A stretch of 64,000 nucleotides of DNA from a virus: positions 5,737 through 69,736 of the IMG/VR virus record IMGVR_UViG_3300020473_002010. One strand, given 5' to 3'. A program made the translations under genes and the position numbers. Positions 18,901 through 27,673 of this stretch are shown here, in pieces. Every line of letters begins with the position of its first letter. Position 1 is the first letter of the stretch. Under the pieces are notes generated by a model. That model had not been told where the DNA came from and did not search any database. It saw only the letters and a program-made list of their open reading frames with translations.

Positions 18901-19192
18901 GTTAAAAATGGGGCTGACAACTGACACAAGCACATTTACGATAATCAATGGAACAAGGAAATTCGTGAAGCAATCCTCGACCTTTGATGATGAACATGCT
19001 ACATATTTTACTACAAAGTGGATAGTGAGCAGTCTAACACCAGGCACTTCCTACACTTATTGTGTCGGGGCGCAGGCCGAAGCAGCTGATTCATTCGACA
19101 TATATTGGTACGACTACAACGGCGGGTCGAATGATTATTATCCACCCATGACAGTAAAAGCGACTGTTTTACCTGCTACAATATCTACTTAA
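15905..19192 (+). CDS. Tail-fibre-like virion protein (1095 aa)
   Basis: TAATG coupling. Fibre-type repeats (GDRIGNIEFWA; GENLGEIRFMA...PGRLRFFT...ERLAIESDG), 30-aa tandem repeats and a C-terminal beta-sandwich (FTAPPSGNVEI...LTPGTSYTY). Confidence 0.7.
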   Translation: MPIFTTQVSGSTYTHLSGTISLSGSHYNDVAGALNPPLFQVTGSVGIERNLRVSGSLMVSSSLLISGTARFDSRAGGVQAYFTDKRGHAETQIASSNGGSLRIQHADVFAYGVFAPTVKLYKSRGTLDSPTPLNDGDRIGNIEFWAYDNSWERSAMITVNATANHGDDSTDVPSNMQFFVAEDGQTAYNSTPALTLINSGSGTGGLVAHTGGNLRVGGNEIENSDGETTIIMTADQKVGIGPDPGGSWPSYMLDVNGDIRIRGNDIRNSDGEVTISMDADQNVTIGNDLTVTGNVIRASDGGSTITMDDSDNVTIGNDLTVGGNVIRASDGGSTITMDTSDNVTLAGNLDLAKSGATLLTIGDDSDGDNRKITFGHATCKTVMGIYDTDDKFQIHTGADLASGADFELDNSGNVTIGNGSLYVDGEVWGKGTTQLKLNSNADVIVKVDADNNQGGKKFKVNNHSDTEKFSVSMAGVASAAGAIYAGGNARISGSIYLDDGGMFMGMSSNDLQVTSKGNIEFFVDNDVTTPGNSSFLIYSGSTTNTIPLFAVTEADGVDVGTTLIGGDLKVGQNRILSSDNTEALYLSGSGNVVVKGELEVVGGIVTAPSVLANAAVSPSEDKWIRIATANSDIDQNNKQLSSTFLVTMVGVEYTTTFNADSTFLVHVEWVARSTAPYYDSDGTSITVDTLSGTADLEDFDPSTDVAITFSNSETPTQVDLWMKYNESHRSCYTSILGGTTQVSSNYIIEGFTLLTGQSNENSITSLGQEVYGTWMDKSYNNVHVSKIYSEFPSGGQQVLSFSGSNINSNATNPVSIVGTGTGVTPYLMITSRATGVDSGPEFNMRKYASDGTLVEGENLGEIRFMAATGSAPHGFDDETYENGAVIIAEVGTGTWETGSSPGRLRFFTNEDGSNTLRERLAIESDGEITFPRGGFPGLVIGYTAVDSSALGNMNVTTTMDYIQEGSGDRADVTFTAPPSGNVEIEWSGYIRCTSDTAAWLKMGLTTDTSTFTIINGTRKFVKQSSTFDDEHATYFTTKWIVSSLTPGTSYTYCVGAQAEAADSFDIYWYDYNGGSNDYYPPMTVKATVLPATIST
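16748..16936 (+). repeat. In-frame 90-bp tandem duplication (2 full units plus the start of a third)
   Basis: Units start at 16748, 16838 and 16928 and encode NVTIGNDLTV(T/G)GNVIRASDGGSTITMD(D/T)SD. GGAAATGTTATTAGAGCATCAGATGGTGG is identical in both full units. Confidence 0.92.
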
Positions 19193-19267
19193 TCAATGTA
19201 TACTGTATAGAATTAATTAAATTAGAAAAACAGGTTAACAGGTTACTGAAGAACTGAATTCAGAATT

Positions 19268-19296
19268 AATATAACAGCAGCTGTAAAATTTGTACA
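19268..19296 (-). promoter_or_regulatory. Putative sigma70-type promoter on the minus strand with no downstream gene
   Basis: Minus strand reads TGTACA-17 nt-TATATT with an extended -10 TG, pointing into an AT-rich tract and the 3' end of the fibre gene. Confidence 0.4.
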
Positions 19297-19319
19297 CAAA
19301 AAAACGTGGATTTTCTTTC

Positions 19320-19347
19320 TTTACAGTCGAGCAAGAGGGCTTATTAT
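19320..19347 (+). promoter_or_regulatory. Putative sigma70-type promoter for the glycosylation island
   Basis: TTTACA-16 nt-TATTAT, then AGGAG (19357-19361) and ATG 19369. Confidence 0.45.
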
Positions 19348-19368
19348 TGCATCAGTAGGAGTGTTTTG

Positions 19369-21309
19369 ATGCTGAATAGTCCCTTTGATACTCCGCAATC
19401 AGTGCAAGTAGACCCTGGTGCGGACGTTATATTTGTAGCAGACTTCTTTGTGGAAGATTATGCAGGTGGTGCTGAGATGACCACTGAAGCTTTGATATCA
19501 TCAGCAACTGATATCAATATTCAAAAGATTCATGCTCGTGATGTTAATATGGATACCCTCAGAACTGGTGTAGAGAAACACTGGATCTTTGGTAATTTTT
19601 CGTCTCTTAAACCTGACCTAATTCCTTCCATTATCGGCAACCTTCAGTATTCAATATTAGAATATGACTATAAGTTTTGTGTTTACCGATCTATAGAACG
19701 CCATGAGCATGAAACCGGTTCACCTTGTGACTGTTCGGAACAGTTACACGGTAAAATGATATCAGCTTTTTTTCATGCAGCTAAATCGATTTGGTGGATG
19801 AGTGAGCAACAGGAACAACGGTACCTTGAGAGATTTCCATTTTTGGAAGAAAATGCAAGGTGTGTTTTAAGTAGCGTTTTCGATGATAACTTTTTTCACG
19901 CAGTTAAAGTGCTAGCTGATTCTACAAAAGAAGAAGACAGAAAAGGCTGGATTGTTTTAGGTTCTGATTCGTGGATTAAAGGAGCAGATGCCGCTGAAGA
20001 GTATTGCAAGAAAAATAATTTAGAATATGAAATAGTTTGGGGCATGCCACATGACCAACTGTTAACTAAGTTAGCCAATTCAGAGGGCTTTGTATATCTT
20101 CCGAAAGGTGGTGACACATGTCCACGAATGGTTATTGAAGCTAGAGCATTGGGCTGTAAAGTAGTGCTTAATGAGCATGTTCAGCATAAGGATGAGATTT
20201 GGTTTACTGGAGACGAGCTAGACATGCTTTCGTATCTTTACGCAGCAAGAGATCGATTCTGGACAGCAATAAAACAAATCATGAATTATTCACCAACGCT
20301 AAGTGGATACACAACAGTTAGAAATGCGACTGAAATGAAGTATCCATGGAAAGCGACCATTGAATCGATGCTGGGTTTTTGTGATGAAGTTATTGTCGTT
20401 GATGGTGGCTCAACGGATGGCACATGGGAAGACCTCCAATCAATGTCACAGCTCCAAGAAGATGGCCGACTGAAAGTGTATCAAAATCCAGTGGATACAG
20501 ACAGCCCCAGCTTTGCATACGAATCAGATGGGAAGCTTAAAGCAACTGCTCGTGAATTATGTACACTAGAATATTGCTGGCAAATGGACGCAGATGAAGT
20601 TGTACATGAGGATGATTATCCAAAAATTAGAAACCTTTTGAGATCTTTCCCCAGATATGCAGACATTGTTTCTCTTCCTGTTATTGAATATTGGGGATCG
20701 ACTGAAAAAGTTCGAATGGATATAAACCCATGGAAGTGGAGAGTAAGCAGAAATCTTCCTGAAATAACTCAGGGAATTCCAGCAGCTCTTTTGAACGTGG
20801 ATGATGAAGGGTATGAATACGCCTCAGTGGGTACCGACAGTTGCGATTATATTCACAAAGAAACAGGGGAAGTACTTCCTCATGCAGGATTTTATGATGA
20901 GACAGTACATAAGACAAGAATAGCCGGCCTAACTGGAAACGAAGATGCAAGAAAATTATACGAAGAGTGGTTTAATAGAGCTATTGAAAACTTGCCCGGT
21001 GTCCATCATTACTCGTGGTACAACATTGAGAATAAAATAAACCAATATAAGCTTCATTGGGGAAAGTTCTGGAAGAGCATGTATCGTTTTGATTCAGAAG
21101 ACACAGCTGAAAATAACGTGATGTTCGATAAACCATGGTCAGATGTAACAGAGTCAGACATATCAGAGCTTTCAGCAAGGCTTGCTAGCGAACTCGGCGG
21201 GTGGATATTCCATAACAAGGTAGATTTTTCGACAAAAATTCCGCATATTTCTGTACAACGAGGACATCCTTCTACATTTATATCATACGAAAAATCAAAT
21301 GAGAAATAA
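19369..21309 (+). CDS. Two-domain glycosyltransferase (GT-B-like N-terminal half fused to GT2/GT-A C-terminal half)
   Basis: N-half has GGAE and DTCPRMVIEARALGC. C-half has SGYTTVRN, VIVVDGGSTDGT and MDADE. RBS supports ATG 19369. Confidence 0.8.
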   Translation: MLNSPFDTPQSVQVDPGADVIFVADFFVEDYAGGAEMTTEALISSATDINIQKIHARDVNMDTLRTGVEKHWIFGNFSSLKPDLIPSIIGNLQYSILEYDYKFCVYRSIERHEHETGSPCDCSEQLHGKMISAFFHAAKSIWWMSEQQEQRYLERFPFLEENARCVLSSVFDDNFFHAVKVLADSTKEEDRKGWIVLGSDSWIKGADAAEEYCKKNNLEYEIVWGMPHDQLLTKLANSEGFVYLPKGGDTCPRMVIEARALGCKVVLNEHVQHKDEIWFTGDELDMLSYLYAARDRFWTAIKQIMNYSPTLSGYTTVRNATEMKYPWKATIESMLGFCDEVIVVDGGSTDGTWEDLQSMSQLQEDGRLKVYQNPVDTDSPSFAYESDGKLKATARELCTLEYCWQMDADEVVHEDDYPKIRNLLRSFPRYADIVSLPVIEYWGSTEKVRMDINPWKWRVSRNLPEITQGIPAALLNVDDEGYEYASVGTDSCDYIHKETGEVLPHAGFYDETVHKTRIAGLTGNEDARKLYEEWFNRAIENLPGVHHYSWYNIENKINQYKLHWGKFWKSMYRFDSEDTAENNVMFDKPWSDVTESDISELSARLASELGGWIFHNKVDFSTKIPHISVQRGHPSTFISYEKSNEK

Positions 21310-21311
21310 AG

Positions 21312-22097
21312 ATGCCAAAAGTTTCAATTATTCTACCTGTTTATAATGGGGAGAAAAAGTTATCTCGTGCTCTTAAATCAATTGCTGACCAGACTTATCG
21401 TGATTTCGAAACGCTGGTAGTTGATAATAATAGCACGGATTCAAGTTGTGATATCGCTAGAGAATTTACTGATTCTGCAAATGTAAGAATTGTTCATTGT
21501 AAAGAGCAGGGGTTAGTACCTGCTCTTAATTTTGGTATATACAACGCCGACTGCGATTTCATAGCGCGCCAAGATGATGATGACTATTGGTATCCTAATA
21601 AGCTTGAAAAGCAAATGAACCTATTTGAAAGTGATCCAAGCTTAGGTGTCGTTGGTACCCAAATAAGAACTCTAGACCCTGAAGGAAGGGTAGAGGAGAT
21701 CGGAACATTTGGTAAAAAAGTAAATTACGCGACCGATGATAATGGCATGAAGCAAATGTTAATGATAGGCCAAAACCCTATATGTCATCCGTCAGTAGTA
21801 TTTAAGAGAAGCGCAATATTACGGGTCGGTGGATATTCTGATTTATGGCATCTTGCAGAAGATTTTGAGCTGTGGTGCAGAATGATGCCATTTACAAAAT
21901 TTGCGAACATCGATGAAGTGTTGATTGACTACACTCAGACGGTACGTGATGATTACGATCCAAACGTAGTAATCTTAATTTCGGATATGTACTATCACCT
22001 ATACAAGACAATAGGGATGATCCGCGGTGAAAGGCCGCCAGTAATGGCAGAGTGGCAATTGAAGCAAATGATGGAGGAGCAGCTAAACGATGGCTAA
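21312..22097 (+). CDS. Glycosyltransferase family 2
   Basis: VSIILPVYN, VDNNSTD, ARQDDDD, AEDFELW. Confidence 0.9.
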   Translation: MPKVSIILPVYNGEKKLSRALKSIADQTYRDFETLVVDNNSTDSSCDIAREFTDSANVRIVHCKEQGLVPALNFGIYNADCDFIARQDDDDYWYPNKLEKQMNLFESDPSLGVVGTQIRTLDPEGRVEEIGTFGKKVNYATDDNGMKQMLMIGQNPICHPSVVFKRSAILRVGGYSDLWHLAEDFELWCRMMPFTKFANIDEVLIDYTQTVRDDYDPNVVILISDMYYHLYKTIGMIRGERPPVMAEWQLKQMMEEQLNDG

Positions 22098-22995
22098 TAG
22101 TTCTTTCGAAAAGATTGTTATATGGGGTCTTCCTCTCCACTCTCATACTCACAGCTATATACACGATTGCTTTTTTAAGGCATTCAAGTCAATGGGGATG
22201 GAAACGGTATGGATTCAGGATACTTCTGAAAAGATCGAAAATGAATTCCTTAATAATTCGCTTGTAATCGCATGCGGTATTGATTGCAAAACATTAAGCG
22301 TTAACGAAAAATGTTTTTATGTTCTGCATAATGTAGACGATCATCGATTCCGCCAGGCAGACAACTATATTGATCTTCAAGTTTACACCAAAGACACTCT
22401 TTTACCAGAGCGCGAGTCTCAACGTTTGAGTGCATTTACATATTGGCAAGAGAATAGCAGATGCTTGTATCAGCCCTGGGCAACAGACTTGCTTCCTGAA
22501 GAAATGATTTATGAGCCTGTGCCGGCACCAGAAGTCAATAAGTCCGTAAACTGGGTCGGCTCCGTCACAGATGGAGACCAAGGAAATTTACAGCAGCTGC
22601 AAGCGTATGCCCAGTCTATGGCTTCTAGAATAGGTATTCCCGTTCATGTTCACCGCGGTGTTGATAGGGAAAATATGATAAAACTAATTCGGTCGTCAAA
22701 CCAAGCGCCAGCCATCGTCGCCGGTTGGCAACGAGAAAATCTTTATGTTCCCTGTCGTCTTTTTAAGAATATCTCGTACGGTCAACCTACTTTTAGCAAC
22801 AGTCCAGTAATAAAAGAAATATGTGGTGATGATTTCTATGAAGAAGATTGCGCAGCACTGGCAATAAAGACTAATGAGTACTTAAAAAATCGTGATTTAG
22901 ACCGTGAAAAAAATGTAATAGAAACCATTAGAAAAGAACATACATTTGTGAACAGGTGTAATAGAATATTAGAAATGGTAGAAGGAGTAAGATAA
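22090..22995 (+). CDS. Putative glycosyltransferase (GT-B-like)
   Basis: HTHSYIH, PWATDLLP, YVPCRLFKNISYG and HTFVNRC resemble a GT-B C-terminal domain. Cluster context. Confidence 0.55.
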   Translation: MANSSFEKIVIWGLPLHSHTHSYIHDCFFKAFKSMGMETVWIQDTSEKIENEFLNNSLVIACGIDCKTLSVNEKCFYVLHNVDDHRFRQADNYIDLQVYTKDTLLPERESQRLSAFTYWQENSRCLYQPWATDLLPEEMIYEPVPAPEVNKSVNWVGSVTDGDQGNLQQLQAYAQSMASRIGIPVHVHRGVDRENMIKLIRSSNQAPAIVAGWQRENLYVPCRLFKNISYGQPTFSNSPVIKEICGDDFYEEDCAALAIKTNEYLKNRDLDREKNVIETIRKEHTFVNRCNRILEMVEGVR

Positions 22996-23864
22996 TGCCT
23001 CACGATCATGATAGCTGCGGTCATTCTCATGAACATTCTCTTGTATACTCTTGCCGCTGGTCCGGCAAGACTAGCATATGCATATTCTCTAGAAATCGCC
23101 CTCTTCAATTATACGCTTTGCTTCGCTCTATGAAATATGTTCATCCCGTTCGAGATATCACTGTGCTGTATAGCTATGACGAGGAATATCTTCCAGCGCT
23201 TGAGGAAATAAAATCGAAAACTAATGGTGTTAGTTTTCATGAAGATAATAATTTCAAGGAGCAGGTCATAACATTTTTAAAGAATTCGGGTCCGCTCTGT
23301 CTGTTCTTGGTCGATGATATCGTTTTTCGTAGACCATTTGATACTGACATGTGCGTGAACATCATGTCAAACAATCCGCAGATATTGACATACTCTTTAC
23401 GAATGGGGTTACACCTCAATTATTGTTATCCGGTTAATAAAACACAACCAGTACCAGACGGTACTGTACAAGGTAATCATTTTTTGTGGAGTTGGAGAAA
23501 TTCTCAGCATGACTGGAATTACCCCTTCTCAGTTGATGGTAACGTTTTTAGGACCAATCAATTGCTAGGGTGGATTCAGCATTTGGAATTTACAGCACCA
23601 AATTCTTTTGAGGAAGCGATGCAAACAATACAACACACCTTCGCGATTCCAGACATGTGCGTGTGCTACACTGAATCTTCTTTATTTAATAATCCCCTGA
23701 ACCGCGTTCAAGATACGCACAAAAATCGAAGCGGAAAGGTATCATCAGAGCAATTACTTGAAAAATGGAATGCCGGTTTAGAGATTGATGTTGCAAAGCT
23801 TTCTAGACACATTCCAAATGCTGCTCACTTTGTTGTAGATTTACCGCTTAAGGATAGAAAATGA
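22995..23864 (+). CDS. Putative GT-A glycosyltransferase with His-rich N-terminus
   Basis: IFSRNRPLQL, FLVDDIVF and YPFSVDG; N-terminal MPHDHDSCGHSHEHS. Confidence 0.55.
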   Translation: MPHDHDSCGHSHEHSLVYSCRWSGKTSICIFSRNRPLQLYALLRSMKYVHPVRDITVLYSYDEEYLPALEEIKSKTNGVSFHEDNNFKEQVITFLKNSGPLCLFLVDDIVFRRPFDTDMCVNIMSNNPQILTYSLRMGLHLNYCYPVNKTQPVPDGTVQGNHFLWSWRNSQHDWNYPFSVDGNVFRTNQLLGWIQHLEFTAPNSFEEAMQTIQHTFAIPDMCVCYTESSLFNNPLNRVQDTHKNRSGKVSSEQLLEKWNAGLEIDVAKLSRHIPNAAHFVVDLPLKDRK

Positions 23865-24616
23865 TCGGCATTCTAACAATAGCGACCGGCAAATATACAC
23901 AATTTTTAACAGGCTTGTATTCTTCGATAGCTCAGAATTTCTTAAGGGATGAAGAAATCGTGTGTTATCTCTTTACAGATGATATCGATAGTGCAAAAAA
24001 ATACGTGCCACCAACAAGACTGGCTCATGAATATTTTCAAATTGAAAGGATGGGATTTCCTGGTGATACCCTATACCGGTACCGCCACTTCTCTACGCTT
24101 GATGATCGTATAGCTGAGTTGGGATTGGAGAAACCTGAGTTTCTTTTTTATTCCGATGCCGACATGCTGGTGATACAAGGGGTCGGTAAAGAAGTACTTC
24201 CAGAAAAGACATACGGCTTAACTGCGACTGCTCATCCTGGCTTTTATTTAGGAAAAACCCCGCAACATCCTCTTGGTACACCAGAATCCAGACAGGAGTC
24301 AAAAGCTTTTATTCCTCCACATCGCTACCGGCCGTGTTATGTAGCTGGTGGGTTCAATGGAGGCGCTTACGATGCATTCATAAGAATGTCTAAAGAGATA
24401 TCTAAGAATATCGATGATGATCACGCTAGAGGAATTGTAGCGGTATGGCATGATGAGTCTCATCTTAACGAGTACGTAACACGTCCTGAGAATCTTCGTT
24501 ATCTAAAAATAATGACTCCTTCTTATTGTTTTGCAGAATACAATAATCCGCAAGAAGTTGGTTACCCTGCTAAGATCGTAGCTTTAGATAAGAATCATTC
24601 TGAGATACGTTCATGA
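23861..24616 (+). CDS. Glycosyltransferase family 6 (ABO/alpha-1,3-Gal(NAc)-transferase-like)
   Basis: IATGKY, YLFTD, DADM, YVAGGFNGG, AVWHDESHLN, PSY and KIVALDK are GT6 signatures. Confidence 0.9.
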   Translation: MIGILTIATGKYTQFLTGLYSSIAQNFLRDEEIVCYLFTDDIDSAKKYVPPTRLAHEYFQIERMGFPGDTLYRYRHFSTLDDRIAELGLEKPEFLFYSDADMLVIQGVGKEVLPEKTYGLTATAHPGFYLGKTPQHPLGTPESRQESKAFIPPHRYRPCYVAGGFNGGAYDAFIRMSKEISKNIDDDHARGIVAVWHDESHLNEYVTRPENLRYLKIMTPSYCFAEYNNPQEVGYPAKIVALDKNHSEIRS

Positions 24617-25344
24617 CCAAAGTTTCTGTTATAGTCCCGTATAGGAATGCAGAGAAATATATTCTTAAGACAATCGAGTCTTTACTCGCACAGACATATT
24701 CTCAAGTTGAGATGGTTTTTGTTGATAATGGTTCTTCTGATGATAGTCATCTCATGGTCGATTCTATGGTTTCACAACTTGAGAGCGATGTAAAGAACTT
24801 ATTTTTTCGCCCGAAAGGAAAAAGCCTTGCGTTGAATTATGCGATCCACCATGCTACTGGCGACTGGATAGCGATTTGTGATGCTGATGATGTATGGCAT
24901 ACCACCAAGCTAGAAAAACAAATGTCCAAAGCAGCAGAAGGTGTTGACATTATTGGAACACAGATGCGCTACATTGATGAGTCGGAAAACATAAAGCCTG
25001 GCTCTCCAGTTTTGCCAACAACAAATTCTGAGATATATCATTCTATTTTGTACCGCAAGGAGAATCCTGTATGCAATAGCAGCGTTGTATATAAAAAAGC
25101 AATTCATACAGACATCGTGGGATTTTACGACCCACTGTGTGCAGTAGAAGATTATGATCTATGGTCTCGTTGCGTCTTCGCTGGATTAAAATTCGCTAAT
25201 TTAGATGAAGCCTTGGTAGATCATAGAATTCACGAGGCCTCCAACTTTAACAGCTCTAAGAAGCAGGCTTTACATAAAGATTTTGTTGATGCGAAAAATA
25301 ACGCATTGAATCAAATAAGAACATTTCTTGAGTGTGGAAATTAA
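24613..25344 (+). CDS. Glycosyltransferase family 2
   Basis: VSVIVPYRN, VDNGSSD, CDADD, EDYDLW. Confidence 0.9.
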   Translation: MTKVSVIVPYRNAEKYILKTIESLLAQTYSQVEMVFVDNGSSDDSHLMVDSMVSQLESDVKNLFFRPKGKSLALNYAIHHATGDWIAICDADDVWHTTKLEKQMSKAAEGVDIIGTQMRYIDESENIKPGSPVLPTTNSEIYHSILYRKENPVCNSSVVYKKAIHTDIVGFYDPLCAVEDYDLWSRCVFAGLKFANLDEALVDHRIHEASNFNSSKKQALHKDFVDAKNNALNQIRTFLECGN

Positions 25345-25986
25345 ATGCTTATAAAATTTGAACAATTACAACCTCTATTCGAAAAGACTCCAGTAACTGG
25401 TGTGTTACATTTAGGTGCACATCTAGCCGAGGAGTTAGAAGGGTACAAATCTTGCGGTATCGAGCGAATAATATGGGTTGAGGCAAACACTGGTATGGCG
25501 ATTCACCTGATGAATCGAACGATTAATGATCTAGGTTCCACTGTTGTGTTTGGTGCCGCATGCAATGAAGATGAAAAACTTGTTGAACTCAACATCGCGA
25601 ATAATGGCGAGTCATCTTCTCTTTTGGAATTTGATGAGCATTCAAAAGAGCATCCACAGGTTGAGTATATTATGAAAGTGCAAACCTGGGCTTTTCGTGT
25701 CGATACAATGATGCATAAAAAAGGTTTTGATCGATCATTGTTTAATTTCGCAAACATAGACATTCAGGGCGCTGAGCTTCTTGCTCTTGAAGGTATGCAT
25801 GAACAATTAAAGCACTTAGATTATGTTTATCTTGAGGTGAATGAAAAGCATCTCTATGAAAATTGCGCTCTTATGCCAGAGATTGATGAATTTCTATCGC
25901 AACACGGTTTTAATAGGACCATGACAGAAATGACGAAGCACGGCTGGGGCGACGCGTTATATGTGAGGAAAGATGAAGTTAGCTGA
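25345..25986 (+). CDS. FkbM-family SAM-dependent methyltransferase
   Basis: VLHLGAHLAEE, WVEAN, SSSLL, NIDIQGAELLALEG, WGDALY. Confidence 0.88.
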   Translation: MLIKFEQLQPLFEKTPVTGVLHLGAHLAEELEGYKSCGIERIIWVEANTGMAIHLMNRTINDLGSTVVFGAACNEDEKLVELNIANNGESSSLLEFDEHSKEHPQVEYIMKVQTWAFRVDTMMHKKGFDRSLFNFANIDIQGAELLALEGMHEQLKHLDYVYLEVNEKHLYENCALMPEIDEFLSQHGFNRTMTEMTKHGWGDALYVRKDEVS

Positions 25987-26473
25987 TGTACAAAAAGCTA
26001 TCGATGAGATTGACGCAGCTTCGGTAGATAGGTTGAAGCAGCTTCTTATCGCTCATGAAGAAGTAATCATGATTGGCAACGGCGGTAGCAATGCGATTTG
26101 TTCTCATATCTCACAAGACTATACAAAGTTTTTAGGCTGTCGAGCGTATGCATTCTCTGATGCTTCTCGATTAACTTGCTATATAAATGACTTTGGTATG
26201 GAAAACGCTTATGAGCGATTTTTAGATGATTTTGCTGTAGATGGTACATTAGTAATTTTGGTTTCATCTTCTGGGAACTCTCAAAATATTGTTAATTGTG
26301 CACAGTATTGTTGTGATAATGGTCTACCTTTTATCACAATAACGGGGTTTGACAAAGATAATAAGGTCCGAAGCCTTTACTCTGCTCATGCAGCTCTAGA
26401 CATGCATGTCGATTCACACTCTTACGGTGTGGTTGAATGCGTTCATCAGGTATTTCTCCATACACCTGTTTAG
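25973..26473 (+). CDS. gmhA: SIS-domain sugar isomerase, GmhA-like (phosphoheptose isomerase)
   Basis: IGNGGSNAICSH, NDFG, VSSSGNSQNI, ITITGF, YGVVECVH. Confidence 0.75.
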   Translation: MKLADVQKAIDEIDAASVDRLKQLLIAHEEVIMIGNGGSNAICSHISQDYTKFLGCRAYAFSDASRLTCYINDFGMENAYERFLDDFAVDGTLVILVSSSGNSQNIVNCAQYCCDNGLPFITITGFDKDNKVRSLYSAHAALDMHVDSHSYGVVECVHQVFLHTPV

Positions 26474-26481
26474 GATTAAAG

Positions 26482-26802
26482 ATGATTTATTGTTTTGACA
26501 TTGACGGTACGATATGCAGTCTAGAAAAGAATAGTGAGTATCAGCGCGCCAAACCGTATAAGAACATGGTCGATAAGATCAATGAGCTATACGATGCAGG
26601 GCACACAATCAAGTTTTTTACTGCAAGAGGATGTAATTCAGGTATAGACCACACAGAGCTAACAACAACACAGCTACAAGAGTGGGGTGTTAAGTATCAT
26701 GAGTTAATCATGAATAAAAAGCCGCACTATGACTTGTTGGTAGATGATAAGGCAGTGAATGTGGAGTCATGGATGAGGAGCACAGGAATAAAAGATGTTT
26801 AG
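26482..26802 (+). CDS. Small HAD-superfamily phosphatase
   Basis: FDIDGTI, FTARG and KPHYDLLVDDKA. RBS AGGA, ATG 26482. Confidence 0.85.
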   Translation: MIYCFDIDGTICSLEKNSEYQRAKPYKNMVDKINELYDAGHTIKFFTARGCNSGIDHTELTTTQLQEWGVKYHELIMNKKPHYDLLVDDKAVNVESWMRSTGIKDV

Positions 26803-27673
26803 CGTTATTTTACCAGTATATAATGGCGAAAAATGGTTAGCCGAAGCTATCGAGTCTGTCAAGAATCAAACGTATAAAAACTTTGAGTGTATTATTGTTT
26901 GTAATGGATGCACTGATAAGTCACAAGATATTGCACAATCCACGATAAAAGGCGACACGAGGTTTAGGATGATTTCTACGAACCATGCGAATAAGTCGAA
27001 TGCTCTAAATATCGGTGTTATGTTTTCAACAAAAGAGTGGATTGCACCGATCGATGCAGACGATGTGTGGTTATCGAAGAAGTTAGAGTACCAGGCAAAG
27101 TTTATTTCTGAGAATCCGCATGTTGATGTTATCGGTACACAGCTAGATTATATTGGTGCGCTTATTTGCGAAGCCCCAAGGAACCCTCTCCATCATGAAG
27201 AAATTTATTGGTGTTTCTCAAGGGGAAAAAACCCGATACCTTTTCCTTCATCAGTGTACAAAAGAAACATTCATATCAGAGGTGTTGGCTTTTTTGATAC
27301 CACAAATTTCGTGATTGAAGATTACGATTTTTGGCAGCGCTGTGTAGCGAACAATATCGTTATGGCAAACCTTCCTGAAGTTTTACTGCATTATAGGTTA
27401 CATGGCGACCCAAGTACATCTACATTCGATCCCGAAGGTCATCCAGAAGGAGGGATTGAAAAGGGAAGAATAACAACTAAGAGTATAACAGAGGCCAGAC
27501 AGCAGCTTTGCAAAATGAATACTGATGCAAGATACGTTAGATGTGATGATGATAAGATGCCTGCAATCTGGGGTGTGTCAGCAGAAATACGTAAGTTTGA
27601 TAACAAGTATCGAGGAGGCGGAAGTACATCAACTCCTGTTAATTCCAATGATACTTCGAAGGTAGGCAAATAA
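26795..27673 (+). CDS. Glycosyltransferase family 2
   Basis: FSVILPVYN, CNGCTD, IDADD, EDYDFW. Confidence 0.9.
   Translation: MFSVILPVYNGEKWLAEAIESVKNQTYKNFECIIVCNGCTDKSQDIAQSTIKGDTRFRMISTNHANKSNALNIGVMFSTKEWIAPIDADDVWLSKKLEYQAKFISENPHVDVIGTQLDYIGALICEAPRNPLHHEEIYWCFSRGKNPIPFPSSVYKRNIHIRGVGFFDTTNFVIEDYDFWQRCVANNIVMANLPEVLLHYRLHGDPSTSTFDPEGHPEGGIEKGRITTKSITEARQQLCKMNTDARYVRCDDDKMPAIWGVSAEIRKFDNKYRGGGSTSTPVNSNDTSKVGK

Noticed and set aside
19193-19300. Short repeats as a possible mini-CRISPR array linked to the Cas4-like gene
   Set aside because: The repeats are only 6-10 nt with no repeat-spacer periodicity.
22995-23040. His-rich N-terminus MPHDHDSCGHSHEHS as a separate metal-binding system
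   Set aside because: It is short and the TAATG coupling supports the start, but nothing else nearby points to metal handling; kept only as a note on the CDS.
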